Shown: piece by piece, positions 49,870-61,722 of the stretch | How the letters are laid out: each line of letters begins with the position of its first letter | Position numbering within the stretch: the first letter of the stretch is position 1 | Sequence record: PQ390715.1 | Strand: one strand, 5' to 3' | Length of the DNA: 64,000 nucleotides | The notes under the pieces: model-generated | Seen by the model: the letters and a program-made list of their open reading frames with translations, nothing else | Told to the model about the DNA's origin: nothing | Databases searched by the model: none | Translations under genes and position numbers: made by a program

Positions 49870-50289
49870 TCATTTACAGTTTTCTATAACTATTGCACGT
49901 TTTAGTATTTTACTTTCATAAACATACTTAAGATGACCTTCTTCACGAATACGATTGAACACATATCCTAGTTTATCTTTTAGTACTGAAGCGGTATCAA
50001 TGTCAAGATTAACTTCAACCCCTCCTGTTAATTTAACTTTATATGTAAAGCTAAAAGCATCACCAGATTCAACCAATGGGACTACTTGTTCATACGTATT
50101 CAACATAACTCGTTCATCATTAACTAAATTATATATTACTATATCACAAGTTTTTACCCCAATTTCCTCTAATGTAGGAGCATTATCTACTATAACATCT
50201 TTTACTGTATTTGCAACCTGTTTAGCATCTGCTGCATATACATTAAAACTAAAAAGTACTAAAATAATACTTAAAAAAATCTTTTTCAT
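49870..50289 (-). CDS. Secreted protein, paralogue of 48688..49101
   Basis: Signal peptide MKKIFLSIILVLFSFNVYA. Confidence 0.8.
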   Translation of the reverse strand: MKKIFLSIILVLFSFNVYAADAKQVANTVKDVIVDNAPTLEEIGVKTCDIVIYNLVNDERVMLNTYEQVVPLVESGDAFSFTYKVKLTGGVEVNLDIDTASVLKDKLGYVFNRIREEGHLKYVYESKILKRAIVIENCK

Positions 50290-50298
50290 TATATATCC

Positions 50299-50884
50299 TT
50301 ATTTTATTTTACACGTCATATCGGGTTGTGCTTGTTTATTATTTTTAAACGGATTAGGTTTTTTATCTTTCTTTTTATCTTTTAAAGGTTTTTTGTCTTC
50401 TTTTTTATCTTTATCTTTGTCTTTTTTATTTTTATCAGGTTCAGAGGGAGTATTACATTGTGCTGGGGGTTGATTAGTTGGAGTACAGCTATTGTCTGAT
50501 GGGAGTATTACTTCTTTACAATTGTAAAATAGTAAACTTTTATTTGTGGTTAAATTATGAAAACGATAGTTACGTTCATTATTATAATAAATTGTTTTAG
50601 TACTTTCAATGTCATTACACATTGCTACTGAATCACCGGAACTCTTTTTCTATTCCCATTACATCAGTCTTACGCTCAGATAGTATACCTGAAGTATATG
50701 AATCTTTGTTGTCAAACGCATTAAATCCAATAGTTCTGTCGGTGTCGTGTATTATTCCTTTTGTGTATGAGGTAGTATAGAACTCCCCATTTCTGAAATC
50801 CTGCCTTGCTACGGAGCAATGATAATCTGCACCATAAGCAGTACTGGAAAATAATACAATTCCAAATATAATATATTTTTTCAT
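50299..50884 (-). pseudogene. Secreted protein with K/D-rich tail, split by a +1 frameshift at ~50640-50650
   Basis: MKKYIIFGIVLFSSTAYG signal; removing one A from GAAAAAGAG joins the two ORFs (EKSSGDSVAMCND). Confidence 0.6.
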
Positions 50885-50955
50885 TGTAATCCCTCTTCTT
50901 AATTCCTCTTTTGTATTTACAAAAAAAGGCTGACCGAAGTCAACCTTTTGTTTTA

Positions 50956-52509
50956 TCATTTACCGTATTTGCTCATGATGTCCTTTTCCCAATGAGTTAC
51001 GTTACCGTTATCGTAATCTTTAAAGGAATTATCAAGAGTAGTTAATGCATATTCGTATGCTTCAGGTGATTCAATGTCAACATCATCAGCACCATTTACT
51101 AAATCAGTCCATGCTTTTTGTAGTTTACGAGCATTTTTACCAACATTACTTTTAATCCAACTAATGTTTTTGTTGATACTCTTATTATCAGCACCAGCTT
51201 TTTTACCAATATCGGATATCCACATCATTAGCTTTTGGAGTTCATGAATGGAGTTGTCGTTCATTTCACGATCTTTAGCCAATTCTGCTTCCATGCCATC
51301 AGTATCAGTACCATCTTTAGAACCTACATCAATTCCATGTTTAGCTAATAGTTTACCAAGTTCAAAGAATGCTGCCTCAGCAGGGAAGTCATAACCTTTG
51401 TCTTTGTAGTTGTTCCATGCACTATCAAACTCATCTACAAATCGGTTGGCATAATCTGGATTGTCCACGAGAGCTTTGTACACTGCCATTGCATGTTCAA
51501 ATCCTTCTTTGTCAGAACCAAACTCTCCCATTTCTGGACGATGAATGTAACCATCCATATCAACAGTATCAGGTAAATCATCATGAGATGTTTCAGCATC
51601 TTTCTGGTCAACTGCACCTTCTTCATCATCACGCATCAGATAACCATCTCGTGTAACCTTCTCACCATGATCAGCTTCATACTTTTTCATAGTATTGAAT
51701 GCAGCATCCATTGCAGTTACAAAACGACTCTTTTCACCTTGTACATAAGATTTAAGTGCATCGTTAACTGCATCAGATACTAATTTAATCTTATCGTCTT
51801 TGCCTTCCAGACGGTTTTCTAACTTAGCTAGTACATTCTTAACTTGTTGAGCATTAGCACGGTCTTCTTTACCAATACTATCAAATGTTTTAAGTACGCT
51901 TTCAAGACTTACTTCCTCTTGTGCAGGCACATCACCTTGTTGCGTACCTTCAAGTGCACGCATTATAGTACTGAATACTTCAGTTGGTTCAGTACTGGTA
52001 TTTCCACTCATTGCATCAAGTACAGCTTGTGCTTTGACTTTTAATTCTTCTTTAGGTACAGATTGCAATTCTTTCACAATACCTTGGATAAGTTGTGGTT
52101 TATTAGCAAAAATCTTACCTAACTTATCAGACAGTTCTTTGACAGGGTTAACCGCCTTTGGTGCTTCTTGTTTTGGTTCTTCTTTCGCAGGAGCAGACTT
52201 TTCTTTTTCTTCACGTTCCATATCAGCTAGACGTTGTTTTTGTGTAGCATTAAGAAGTCCCAATGAATTAACATAACGTAGCTTTTCTAGCTCAGTCATG
52301 TTCTCAGTACTCTTAACTTCACCTGCTTCTGCGTTTGCTTTACCAGCTAGACCAGTTCCTTGATTACGTGACCCACGTGAACCTTGACCTGCTTGATAAC
52401 TATTTGGACGGCGGTTGCGTTCACTCCATTTATCAGAGTGACCAGCCATGTTACCACCATTTTTATCAGTAAAATTACTTGGCATTTGATTTCTCTCCAT
52501 AGATTTCAT
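50956..52509 (-). CDS. Large acidic late protein, probable virion/internal protein
   Basis: TATAAATA immediately upstream; N-terminal part paralogous to 52755..53138. Confidence 0.7.
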   Translation of the reverse strand: MKSMERNQMPSNFTDKNGGNMAGHSDKWSERNRRPNSYQAGQGSRGSRNQGTGLAGKANAEAGEVKSTENMTELEKLRYVNSLGLLNATQKQRLADMEREEKEKSAPAKEEPKQEAPKAVNPVKELSDKLGKIFANKPQLIQGIVKELQSVPKEELKVKAQAVLDAMSGNTSTEPTEVFSTIMRALEGTQQGDVPAQEEVSLESVLKTFDSIGKEDRANAQQVKNVLAKLENRLEGKDDKIKLVSDAVNDALKSYVQGEKSRFVTAMDAAFNTMKKYEADHGEKVTRDGYLMRDDEEGAVDQKDAETSHDDLPDTVDMDGYIHRPEMGEFGSDKEGFEHAMAVYKALVDNPDYANRFVDEFDSAWNNYKDKGYDFPAEAAFFELGKLLAKHGIDVGSKDGTDTDGMEAELAKDREMNDNSIHELQKLMMWISDIGKKAGADNKSINKNISWIKSNVGKNARKLQKAWTDLVNGADDVDIESPEAYEYALTTLDNSFKDYDNGNVTHWEKDIMSKYGK

Positions 52510-52526
52510 TTTTTTCTCTATGTCTA

Positions 52527-52534
52527 TATTTATA
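52527..52534 (-). promoter_or_regulatory. T4-type late promoter
   Basis: Perfect TATAAATA 18 nt upstream of the start. Confidence 0.75.
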
Positions 52535-52754
52535 GTATAAAGAAAAGGCTGACCGAAGTCAACCTTATTTTGTTACTTAGATTGTTCTTGTGCAGGTGGA
52601 TTTACTTTTTGATCCACTACATAGAATACACCACCAACCAGTACTGCGGCGATGAGTGCAGCAACTACAAATTTTAAACCTTGCATATATGATACCTCAG
52701 TTATATTGAGAAGTTATGATACAACAAAGGGCTGACCTTAGTCAACCCTTTTTA

Positions 52755-53138
52755 TTACTTCTTGAACTTATGTTTTTCACTTTCGATTGCATTCACGATT
52801 TCATCATGAATTTTACGAAGATTGTGAGTTTTCTTTAGAGATTCATGTAATGCACGGAATGCAGAGTGTACAGTTGCTTTAAAGTGCTCTTTAGGAGTTA
52901 CTTTAAGTTTCTCGATAATATCACGTACATAGATTGGGTGATCCTCAAACACACGATTAAGCTCATGACCTAGTGATTCTAGGCTAAATGCTTTTTCACG
53001 GGATGGACGATCATGTGCAAGACTTTGGTCTGGTTTTAGAAGACCTAGTGAATCTAGATACTTGTGCTTATGTGCATTGTCTAGACCAGAAATATCAACA
53101 TCATGTGATGGATCTTTCTTATTCCATTTATCAACCAT
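52755..53138 (-). CDS. Late protein, short paralogue of the 517-aa protein
   Basis: DKW, (K/R)Y..SLGLL and (V/T)PKE..K motifs shared. Confidence 0.7.
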   Translation of the reverse strand: MVDKWNKKDPSHDVDISGLDNAHKHKYLDSLGLLKPDQSLAHDRPSREKAFSLESLGHELNRVFEDHPIYVRDIIEKLKVTPKEHFKATVHSAFRALHESLKKTHNLRKIHDEIVNAIESEKHKFKK

Positions 53139-53174
53139 TTTTATAACTCCTATAAGAGATAAATTTTACTATAA

Positions 53175-53182
53175 TATTTATA
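53175..53182 (-). promoter_or_regulatory. T4-type late promoter
   Basis: Perfect TATAAATA. Confidence 0.75.
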
Positions 53183-53253
53183 GTTCCGTTGTCATTTATA
53201 TCGAATGACATAAAACATTATATCATAATAAGAATGGTTGTCCCAAAGTTAAA

Positions 53254-56175
53254 TTAGTACTGATCAAGTTCAGATGTAAAAATGAATGCATCCATGTCTT
53301 CCAACGTAAGTTTTAAGTCTGGTACATACTTAAGAATAACGCACTCTGGCTTCTTAATAGCAGCTTGATAAGCAGCAATGGCAAGGGATTCCAATTGCTG
53401 TGCTGTATAATTTTTACGTTCTGCATTAAAAACTTTGTTTTTGATATCACCACCTGGGAGTTTTTCAAACTCACGCATAACTGCGGTAAGAACATCGTCA
53501 GCAGTGTTACTATATACCCATTGGGGTAATTGCATTACATTATAAATCACACCACTATCATCCATCAAAGAGATCCATTTGTACCCATCACTAGCACTGA
53601 ACAAACGCCCTTTTAGTACTGTGTTATTAGTTAAATTTACAAATGCAAAAATATCTTGTTCGTTAAGTTCAATACTATTAACATTTACCCAACTCATTAC
53701 GATTCCCCATTCATAAATCACGAACAATATTCATTAAACACAATTTAGGTTTTATAGCATTCAACACCCATATGCATTCTTTGTAAGTAGCTATTATATC
53801 ATCTAAATGCTCAGTTACAATGCTTTCTTGAAAATATTCTTCATCATTGAGCTTTGCTAATTTAGTAACATCACACGTAGGCACTATAGGTCTGGATTGT
53901 ACACCCATTCCATTATTGATATTAGTGAAATGTACAAAATGGTACTTCACAACACCTTTATCTAGATTTATTATACATGACAAATTTTCCAACTCAGTTA
54001 GTTTTTTATTACAAGTAACATTAATGAAACCAGCATTATAGGCTCTATAATCATCTACTGATATCTCAAAATCATTACGTTCAAATATAAGTGAAATGAG
54101 TTGGTCCAGTGGTTTGACATTCATATATTTTAATGAATTTACGTATGATACTTCAATCTTAGATGAAATTATCTTTTTACTAAGTGCAGTTAAATCTTTG
54201 TTAGATTTAACTGTTAAAACAATAGGTTTAAACCTAGAACTTTTGTTCTTTTTTGATACTTTAAAACGACCTTTACGATTCATAATTTCCTCAATTAATA
54301 ATTTCACATTTAACGTGTGGTTTATATAGCATAATTAACCCATTTTTAAGTACAATGATTGTTGCTCTGTTAGTAATCGAAACGTTTTTAATTATACTTT
54401 TTTTATATGTTTCAACATATTTCTCTTCATAATTTATACATTTAACATATTCTTTTTGTTTAGCACTTACAACAGTACTGAATAATATCAGTACAAGTAC
54501 TATATATTTCATTACTATACCTTATAAACAAAAAGGAATTCATTTAAGAATTCCTATTTTACAATCATTTATCTAACATACCATTGTGCAAACGTTCATA
54601 TACTTCAGTTCGACGCAAATTAACAATATCTTCTGCGTATTTTAATGTAAATGCCCATGCTTTTGGATGTACGTTAAGCTTCATACGAATTCGATTTTTC
54701 ATCAACTCTCCACTTAAACGAATAAATTCGTGTACACCACGACTACCGTATTCAGTAATTAAATCATTAATGTACATATCACGAAGAGTTTCATCTGCAC
54801 ATTCTTTAACCATTTCTACGTCAGCGACGATGCTTTCATTAACTGAAGTACTGATCATTTTTAATTTACCTTATTTAAATTCGACTGTAATTTTATCACC
54901 TTCAACTACGAACTTACAGTTGTAGCGACGTGCCATATCCATGTACATATGCTCAGAGTACCAAGGAACATCAATAATCGGATGCTCTGCATATTGTAGA
55001 ACTTCACGGTCGCCCACTGTAGTAATGATGAAAGGAATGTTCATCTCTCGTAAAAACAGTTCAGCACCAGGAGAACGATTAATAAATTCAGTATCATTAC
55101 GTAAAGTAAATCCATTATATTGTAATTTAAGCTTCATATGTTATCCTCTATTCAATACCATTCTTTAAAACCATTAAGTTCGGCTACGTGAGTGATTATA
55201 ACACATATAACATTCAGGTCAAGTATAATTTGATCATAATTTAATTTTATACGATCATCATTATATGCTCTAAAAACTACATCGTAATCAAAGAAATTTG
55301 CGTTTTCATCATTCATTGAAACGATTCGGTATCTACGTCTTCCATCTGTATTGAATATAGTTAAACACTGTTGAAACTTTCTCATTAACTGTTTAGATAG
55401 GATATTATAATATTCAATATCTTTTTGTGAATTACGTGGGTCATCAGGAAGATAGAATGAAACAAATTTCTTTAATTCTATTTGAGTTTTATCCATATAT
55501 TACCTCATGTGTTTCTCTTTTACTTTGTCGGAACTCATCCTTTGCTTCCTTAACTGACATGATACGAACTAATTTAGCACTACCGCAATAGTACTGAACC
55601 TGATTACGACCAATGTCTACATGGTGGTCTGGAACTTCATATACAGATATAGCAAACCCAGCACGATGCAATTTACCCAAGTCCATAGTGAAGAATCTGA
55701 ACAAATCTTTCAAACTTTGACAGCCAAATACCCATCCACTTTTGATTGAATAGATCCCATCCTCAGTTGGTTCAGGTTGGAATTGAGAAGGTGTAGTCAT
55801 AAGCAAACGGTCAAATCCATTTTTAGTACTGTATCTGGTTGAATACCGTGCAAACGGACCTACAGTTCGTGCAGGATCTAAGTTAGGTTCAATGTAACTA
55901 AATTTAAGTTCAAAACGATATACATACATAATTAAAATCCTCTAATTTATTAAGAGAATTATAACAAAAAAGGCTGACCGAAGTCAACCTTTGTTTTGAA
56001 GTTCTTGAACTAATTGTCGTACTTCGTTAATATTTTTACACTGCTTTACAGTGAAGTAATCATACTTACGACCATAGGTTCTTGGGTCATCACCTTCCAT
56101 ATACTGCTGCACATCAAAGATTTGTAAGTAGGGATGCTGCATAACACGAATATTATCACTTTGATAAATCAACAT
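53254..56175 (-). CDS. Run of hypothetical genes: 53254-53697, 53711-54283, 54291-54512, 54565-54858, 54871-55137, 55152-55496, 55489-55929, 55984-56175
   Basis: Co-oriented, tightly packed, RBS present; no function recognised. Confidence 0.7.
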
Positions 56176-56179
56176 AATA

Positions 56180-57986
56180 TCAATCCTTATATTTACACAA
56201 GCCACCAAAACTAGTTTCTTTAGCACCACGACGCATCATAACTAATTTAGCATATTGTGTGCCATTACTATCTTCATATACATCTACTTCAATAAACGCT
56301 AAGAAGTTAGGGTCTGTGTCGTTAGAAAACTCAGTGAAGCTAATGTCGCCTACTGTATGCTCTTTAACAAACGTATATGATTGTCCATCAATATATACAA
56401 TATCTCGATCGTCACTATCACCTTGATAGATATGTTTAATATTACCATCGGTACAAACTAAACCTTCCAATGGTTCAGCATATGACAATCCACACATTAA
56501 CATACATACAAAAAATAAAATAATTTTCATGATTATTTTCCTCCAACGTTAAGTGATTTCTTGTACTGATATTCTTTATAAGTACTATACCATATATCAC
56601 CAACGTAAATCAAGTACCACGTAGCAGGATAAAGAGCCAATCCAGTACTGATGTATACGAACTTTTGGTCAAGGACATCAAATACATACAGAAGGAAAGT
56701 TACTCCCATAATGCAAGAACAAATTAACCACAAGTTATAAGCAATCGAATCGCAAGCAAAAATAGAATCAAGCTTAGAAATTAGGACATATTTGTTTGTT
56801 AAAATGAAATGAATTACTGCAACTAAACAATATCCTGCCATAAAAATAGAAATTAAAAAAGACAGAATAATTGGAATATTCAACAACAAAAGTAAAATAG
56901 TGTTTACCATTTTTTTAAGTCCTATATTTCACAGTGTAAGTTCAATTTATCTATATCTAGGTCACGGCGTACCGATGAGTCCAAGTAAATTACTATATAG
57001 ATATCACCATTACCAGTTCTTGGGTCTACAATTAATATTACGTTTGCTAATGTACCAGAATCATCTCTATAAGTCGAGATTTTTTTATTACCGATAATAC
57101 TTTCTACTTTAAAACGATAAATCACACCATCAACAACTATATTTTTACCATTTCTAGGGTCGTTAGTCAATACATGCCACGTTCCCTTAGTACTACGACA
57201 ATATGTTTCTGCTGCTGCACCATAACTAAAACATGAAAATAATGCACACACAAGTGCTATTAATTTTATATAACTCTTCATAACAAACCTCTAACGAGAA
57301 ATACTTCTGTACTATATATATGTACAGAAGTATTTAATACTATAGAGATATTTTCACTGTTACATCTTATTCGTGAACTTGAATTTGATAATATCAATCC
57401 AAATTTTAACATTTCCTGCAAATAGTGCTTTGATTAGCCACATAATTGCAACAAAGTTCTCAACTAAATCCAAAGTTTTAACTACTGCACCGAGTGGGAA
57501 GATAAAACTCAAAACCCATACAATTACTGAAACCACAACGACTGTATAGAAAATACGCACAATCGGCGAATCAAGCATAAACAACTCAGAGAACTCTTTT
57601 TTATCATTATCATCAGTAATAAAGCATTCGTAAACCAGAAGCCAAATCAGAATTAAAGACGGAATTGAAATTAGTACTGATAGCATATTTTTTACCTCAA
57701 GTTTAAGTGTTAAGTTTCAGACTACAGGAACCATTATACAGTACTACGAACGTTTGTCAACATTTGTTTCTTCAATAAGCATAAGATAACTTAACACGAA
57801 GAGTAATACCGAAATAATATCAATAACTGTAAAGCTCACTGGAATGATAATAGACACCAGTACTAATGCCACGTTTAGCAAGAATACAGTAGTGAGATCT
57901 ACCATCGTTCGTCTAGTGGCTAATGCCACTAGTGTAGGATAGAACATAAACAATAGTGCAACAACAAAACTTAGTACTAGATACAT
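56180..57986 (-). CDS. Envelope-protein cluster: secreted 56180-56530 and 56922-57281; membrane 56533-56910, 57360-57686, 57744-57986
   Basis: Signal peptides or TM segments; the two secreted proteins share C......H......IV.(I/V)DG..Y.F. Confidence 0.7.
57299..57335. terminator. 14-bp-stem bidirectional hairpin
   Basis: AAATACTTCTGTAC-N9-GTACAGAAGTATTT. Confidence 0.75.
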
Positions 57987-60407
57987 TTCTTTTTCACCTT
58001 AATAAAATTATAACACAAAACCACATCAACATCTGGCTCATCACACAAGTACTCAAAACGTTCTTTACTTCGTTTAGTACCGATATACTCACCATTCTTA
58101 TGCCAACGCCATCCACCATCCTTTGGTTGTTCAGACTTCAGTACTGGGTGATAGCACAAGACAATTTCTTCTGGACCTTCAATTAGGTTCTTGTACTTCT
58201 TCATAATCTGTTCAAGCGTATCTGCTACACCATAAGATGAATGCATAAGATAAGACTCAGGACGTGGACGTCCACTTGGTAGAATATCATCAGTACTATT
58301 AAAGATAGCACGGAAGTCTTCAGATGTGTATAGACTTCCATCTTCATGGATCATTGGGTATTCATCCACGACATCGTAATCAGTGAAGTGTTCAATTGCA
58401 TGTGCAGGTCGATAACCTGCAAGGATACCTGCATGTTTAGTCTGGACAATAGTCATAACAGATGTATTGTTGTTTACATTTGGATCATGAATTTCAGCCC
58501 AAAACGGATGATTTGGATCAAAAGTTGCATTTACCAATGTACACTCACCAATGTAGTCAAACATAGTTTCCTTGAAGTTTAAAGAAACTCCACGTAATGC
58601 CCAGTCAGGTGAAGTGATGAAATTAAGATTAACTAACATAAGTATCCTCAGATGCAATTTTTTTGATGTGGTTATTGTATCAAAGATGTATCGATTTGTA
58701 CAACATTTATTGTAACTATTTCGTACATATAGTCAGGTGCATTGAACTCAGCATACCACTCAATGATCTCACAAGCAGCATCAACTTGGTTGTTCGCATT
58801 AACACGTCTTGCATAGGTACTAGACATTTTATATCTACCATTTACATACACGTTATATACACCATGACACCACCACATCTTAGTCATTTATACTAGGCCA
58901 TACTTTGTATTGTAAGTTCTGGTATTGAAATTTACCAATTTCATTTTTCTTACGGAATGATTCATCTACTTGAATTTCCGCATCGTACTGACCATCAGCC
59001 TGTACAACGTACTTAAATTCTTCTACGTGTGAAAAACGTAGACCTTCACCTTCTGGTTTATAGACTTGTACTAAACCTTCAACTAGATATAAATTCATTT
59101 ATCATTCCTCATCACTTTCAGTTAGTATAATGCTATGTACAGTTTCCACATAGCGGTGTGTTTTGGGTGTGTTATACTTTGTAATTTCATCAAACAATTT
59201 AAACAGTGCATCTACTTCACTAAGAGCACGAATGAATACATCCATCTTGGTGACTACTCTGGAAAACCCGCGTATGTTATTAAATTCAGAGACGTGTTCA
59301 TACACAACATAGTATCTATTCATATATTAAAAAGTTCCATGAATTCATTGAATAAAGAAGTTCTAATGCACATAACAAATTCAAAATCAACATCTATGGT
59401 GTCAAGTAGTTTGAACAACTTTGGTACTAATGGATCATTCACCTCAAAGTTATGAATCAAACTTTGTTGAAACACATTTTCTTCAGTACTATAATCAATA
59501 ACAAAATATTCAGCAATACCAGGTGGTGTGTAAACATCATATAAAATATGGCGGTGATGATTTGTTTTAGAACTAGGGGAATATATAAGTTCTATTTCAT
59601 AAGATTTATCAGCACTGCGTGCGTAACAAACAATATCAGTACTCGTTATTTCTGAACCATCACTTCTCTCTGAAAAACAAACATCAGCATAGCGTTTTCC
59701 AGAGAGATTCAAAAGGTCATGAGTTGTTTTACCATAACAGAAATCAGTTTCAATGCGTATCACATCTTGATATTCAATTGGTCTTGTATCGCGGCGTTCA
59801 CGATTAAACACTAATTTCAACAACTCATTAATATCCATTATTTCGCCTCGATAACCTTAAGGTTAACAAAATCACCTTTTACTTTCATGCATTTGAATTC
59901 AGTGCGAGTTTCATCCCCACTATCGCGAGGCCAATGAGTGGCAGAGTAGCACTGGTCTGGTGTTTTATATACACCTTCACCAATAGTACGAGTGATTTCA
60001 CCATTGGTGAGAACTACTGCGAGATATAAAGTAAACATGATATTCGCCTTAGAATAATTTATTAATAATAATAGCACCCAACGCAAGAACTGCAATAATT
60101 ACAGATACCCACATTACTGCATTCACTGTACCAGTAAGTTCTTTATCAAACTCCCTGCACTTCTTGCGGTAATCTTCCCACTCTTTGTTATTCACACTGC
60201 CACTCCTAATAGGTCGGTAGCTTTCTTGAGTACTACGTCAATGGTTTCCAGTACTGCACCTTTGTGTTCAATTGATACAATATTATTATAAGTATCAAGG
60301 TCCAAGTACTCCATATATTCAGTTTTGAATACACGAACATCAGTACTAGTGATTTTAATATCACAACCTTTATCCCAAATAACCTGCATCATTTCATTGG
60401 TAGTCAT
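57977..60407 (-). CDS. Run of hypothetical genes: 57977-58564, 58672-58887, 58880-59098, 59102-59323, 59320-59838, 59838-60038, 60192-60407
   Basis: Co-oriented ORFs with RBS. Confidence 0.7.
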
Positions 60408-60682
60408 TATTCAACCTTATCATAAACAAGTTTGTGTGTGCTTAGTACTTTGTTGTGATGTCCAGGGCATTCATATACATACAATCGCTCCTGTCGTTTT
60501 TCCCAACCACCACAGATACGACCTGATTGTGTACATACCTCATACTCGTTAATAAAAGACTTACCTGTGAATGTACAATCCTGACGAACTAAGTCTTTTG
60601 CACTAAACCTGCCGTCATCATTACATGCTGTAAGAAACATTGTACAGAATACAACAAACACAGTCAATAGTTTTTTAATCAT
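60407..60682 (-). CDS. Lipoprotein
   Basis: Signal with LTAC lipobox; four further Cys. Confidence 0.75.
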   Translation of the reverse strand: MIKKLLTVFVVFCTMFLTACNDDGRFSAKDLVRQDCTFTGKSFINEYEVCTQSGRICGGWEKRQERLYVYECPGHHNKVLSTHKLVYDKVE

Positions 60683-61047
60683 TTAAGATCTCCCCAACGG
60701 CAACCCTTCATATGATTCAAATTCACCTCAACTATTTCATGTGTGTCAGTGCACAATATCGACAGTTTTTTTGTAAAATCACCTGGTGAACTTTCATATT
60801 TCACACAATAGCCCTCGATACGGAGAACCGAATGGGTCCATGATTCCCACTCAATCCAAATTTCATTTGGGTGATATACAATATTTTCGTTTAGCTTGTG
60901 ATATTCATCTAGTGGAAGCTGTGTAGTGATATCAACATATTTTACATTTCGAATGAGTTTTTCAAGCTGATATTTTGCATTAGCAAGATATTCTTCATCA
61001 TTCAAACGTTCTAAGATATTTGCTGCACGAGTTGTATCAAGACTCAT
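60679..61047 (-). CDS. Hypothetical protein
   Basis: Coupled ORF. Confidence 0.65.
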   Translation of the reverse strand: MSLDTTRAANILERLNDEEYLANAKYQLEKLIRNVKYVDITTQLPLDEYHKLNENIVYHPNEIWIEWESWTHSVLRIEGYCVKYESSPGDFTKKLSILCTDTHEIVEVNLNHMKGCRWGDLK

Positions 61048-61049
61048 TG

Positions 61050-61295
61050 TTATTCTCCATGAACCACTGATGTATTCATACGAATTTTCCCACTCGTATG
61101 CGACGTAGAAGTGTTTGCATTAGGACAGTACACAGTGTATAAAGTCGCACCAGCACCATCTTGTTGCATACGATAAATCTTACACCCTGCTTCTTTTAAT
61201 TCAGCAGGTAGAACAAAATCACTTGTACGTTCTTTGGTAGAAGCATCACATGCAGTGAGTAGAAATGCGACGAGTACTGCTACAATGTATTTCAT
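61050..61295 (-). CDS. Lipoprotein
   Basis: MKYIVAVLVAFLLTAC lipobox. Confidence 0.8.
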   Translation of the reverse strand: MKYIVAVLVAFLLTACDASTKERTSDFVLPAELKEAGCKIYRMQQDGAGATLYTVYCPNANTSTSHTSGKIRMNTSVVHGE

Positions 61296-61603
61296 TAACG
61301 AACCTCCACTTCTTGAGAAAGAGCATGAGTCAGTGCATTTGAATTCGAACCATTCATTTCACGCTGACATACAAACATAATGGCATCTTGTACTGAACCT
61401 GCGATTTCATACTCACGACCTTCTGGATCAGTTACCAGATGTTCAACGATACAACCACCTCTCAGTACAGAAGCACCAGTACTTACACTAATTTTGTAAC
61501 CTAAGAAATCAAACTGCATACATGCGTCAGTAGGTTTCATCCAATGACCGCTGTTTTGATTCAAATCGATGATTACAAAACCTTGAGTGTTAGTTTGAAA
61601 CAT
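61295..61603 (-). CDS. Hypothetical protein with a long structured 5' leader
   Basis: GAGGA RBS; promoter at 61698-61726. Confidence 0.7.
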   Translation of the reverse strand: MFQTNTQGFVIIDLNQNSGHWMKPTDACMQFDFLGYKISVSTGASVLRGGCIVEHLVTDPEGREYEIAGSVQDAIMFVCQREMNGSNSNALTHALSQEVEVR

Positions 61604-61722
61604 AGTTAATTCCTCATTTAATTTAAAAGGGCGGGAACGCAGTGACGAGTACGATTATGCTGTCTTTCCTTTCACTGCATTCCCTTTTATATAAAACATA
61701 ATACTGCTATTATTCAGTACTG

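Larger units (their letters stand above)
42193..55992 (-). terminator. Repeated GG(G)TTGAC-TTCG-GTC(A/G)GCC-Tn terminators with an embedded -35 box
   Basis: At 42193, 43914, 44839, 49837, 50921, 52543, 52726, 55965; related copies at ~2014, 4734, 8411. Confidence 0.9.

Noticed and set aside
49955-50473. 172-aa plus-strand ORF
   Set aside because: It is the antisense of two genes, including a Lys/Asp low-complexity tail that suppresses stop codons
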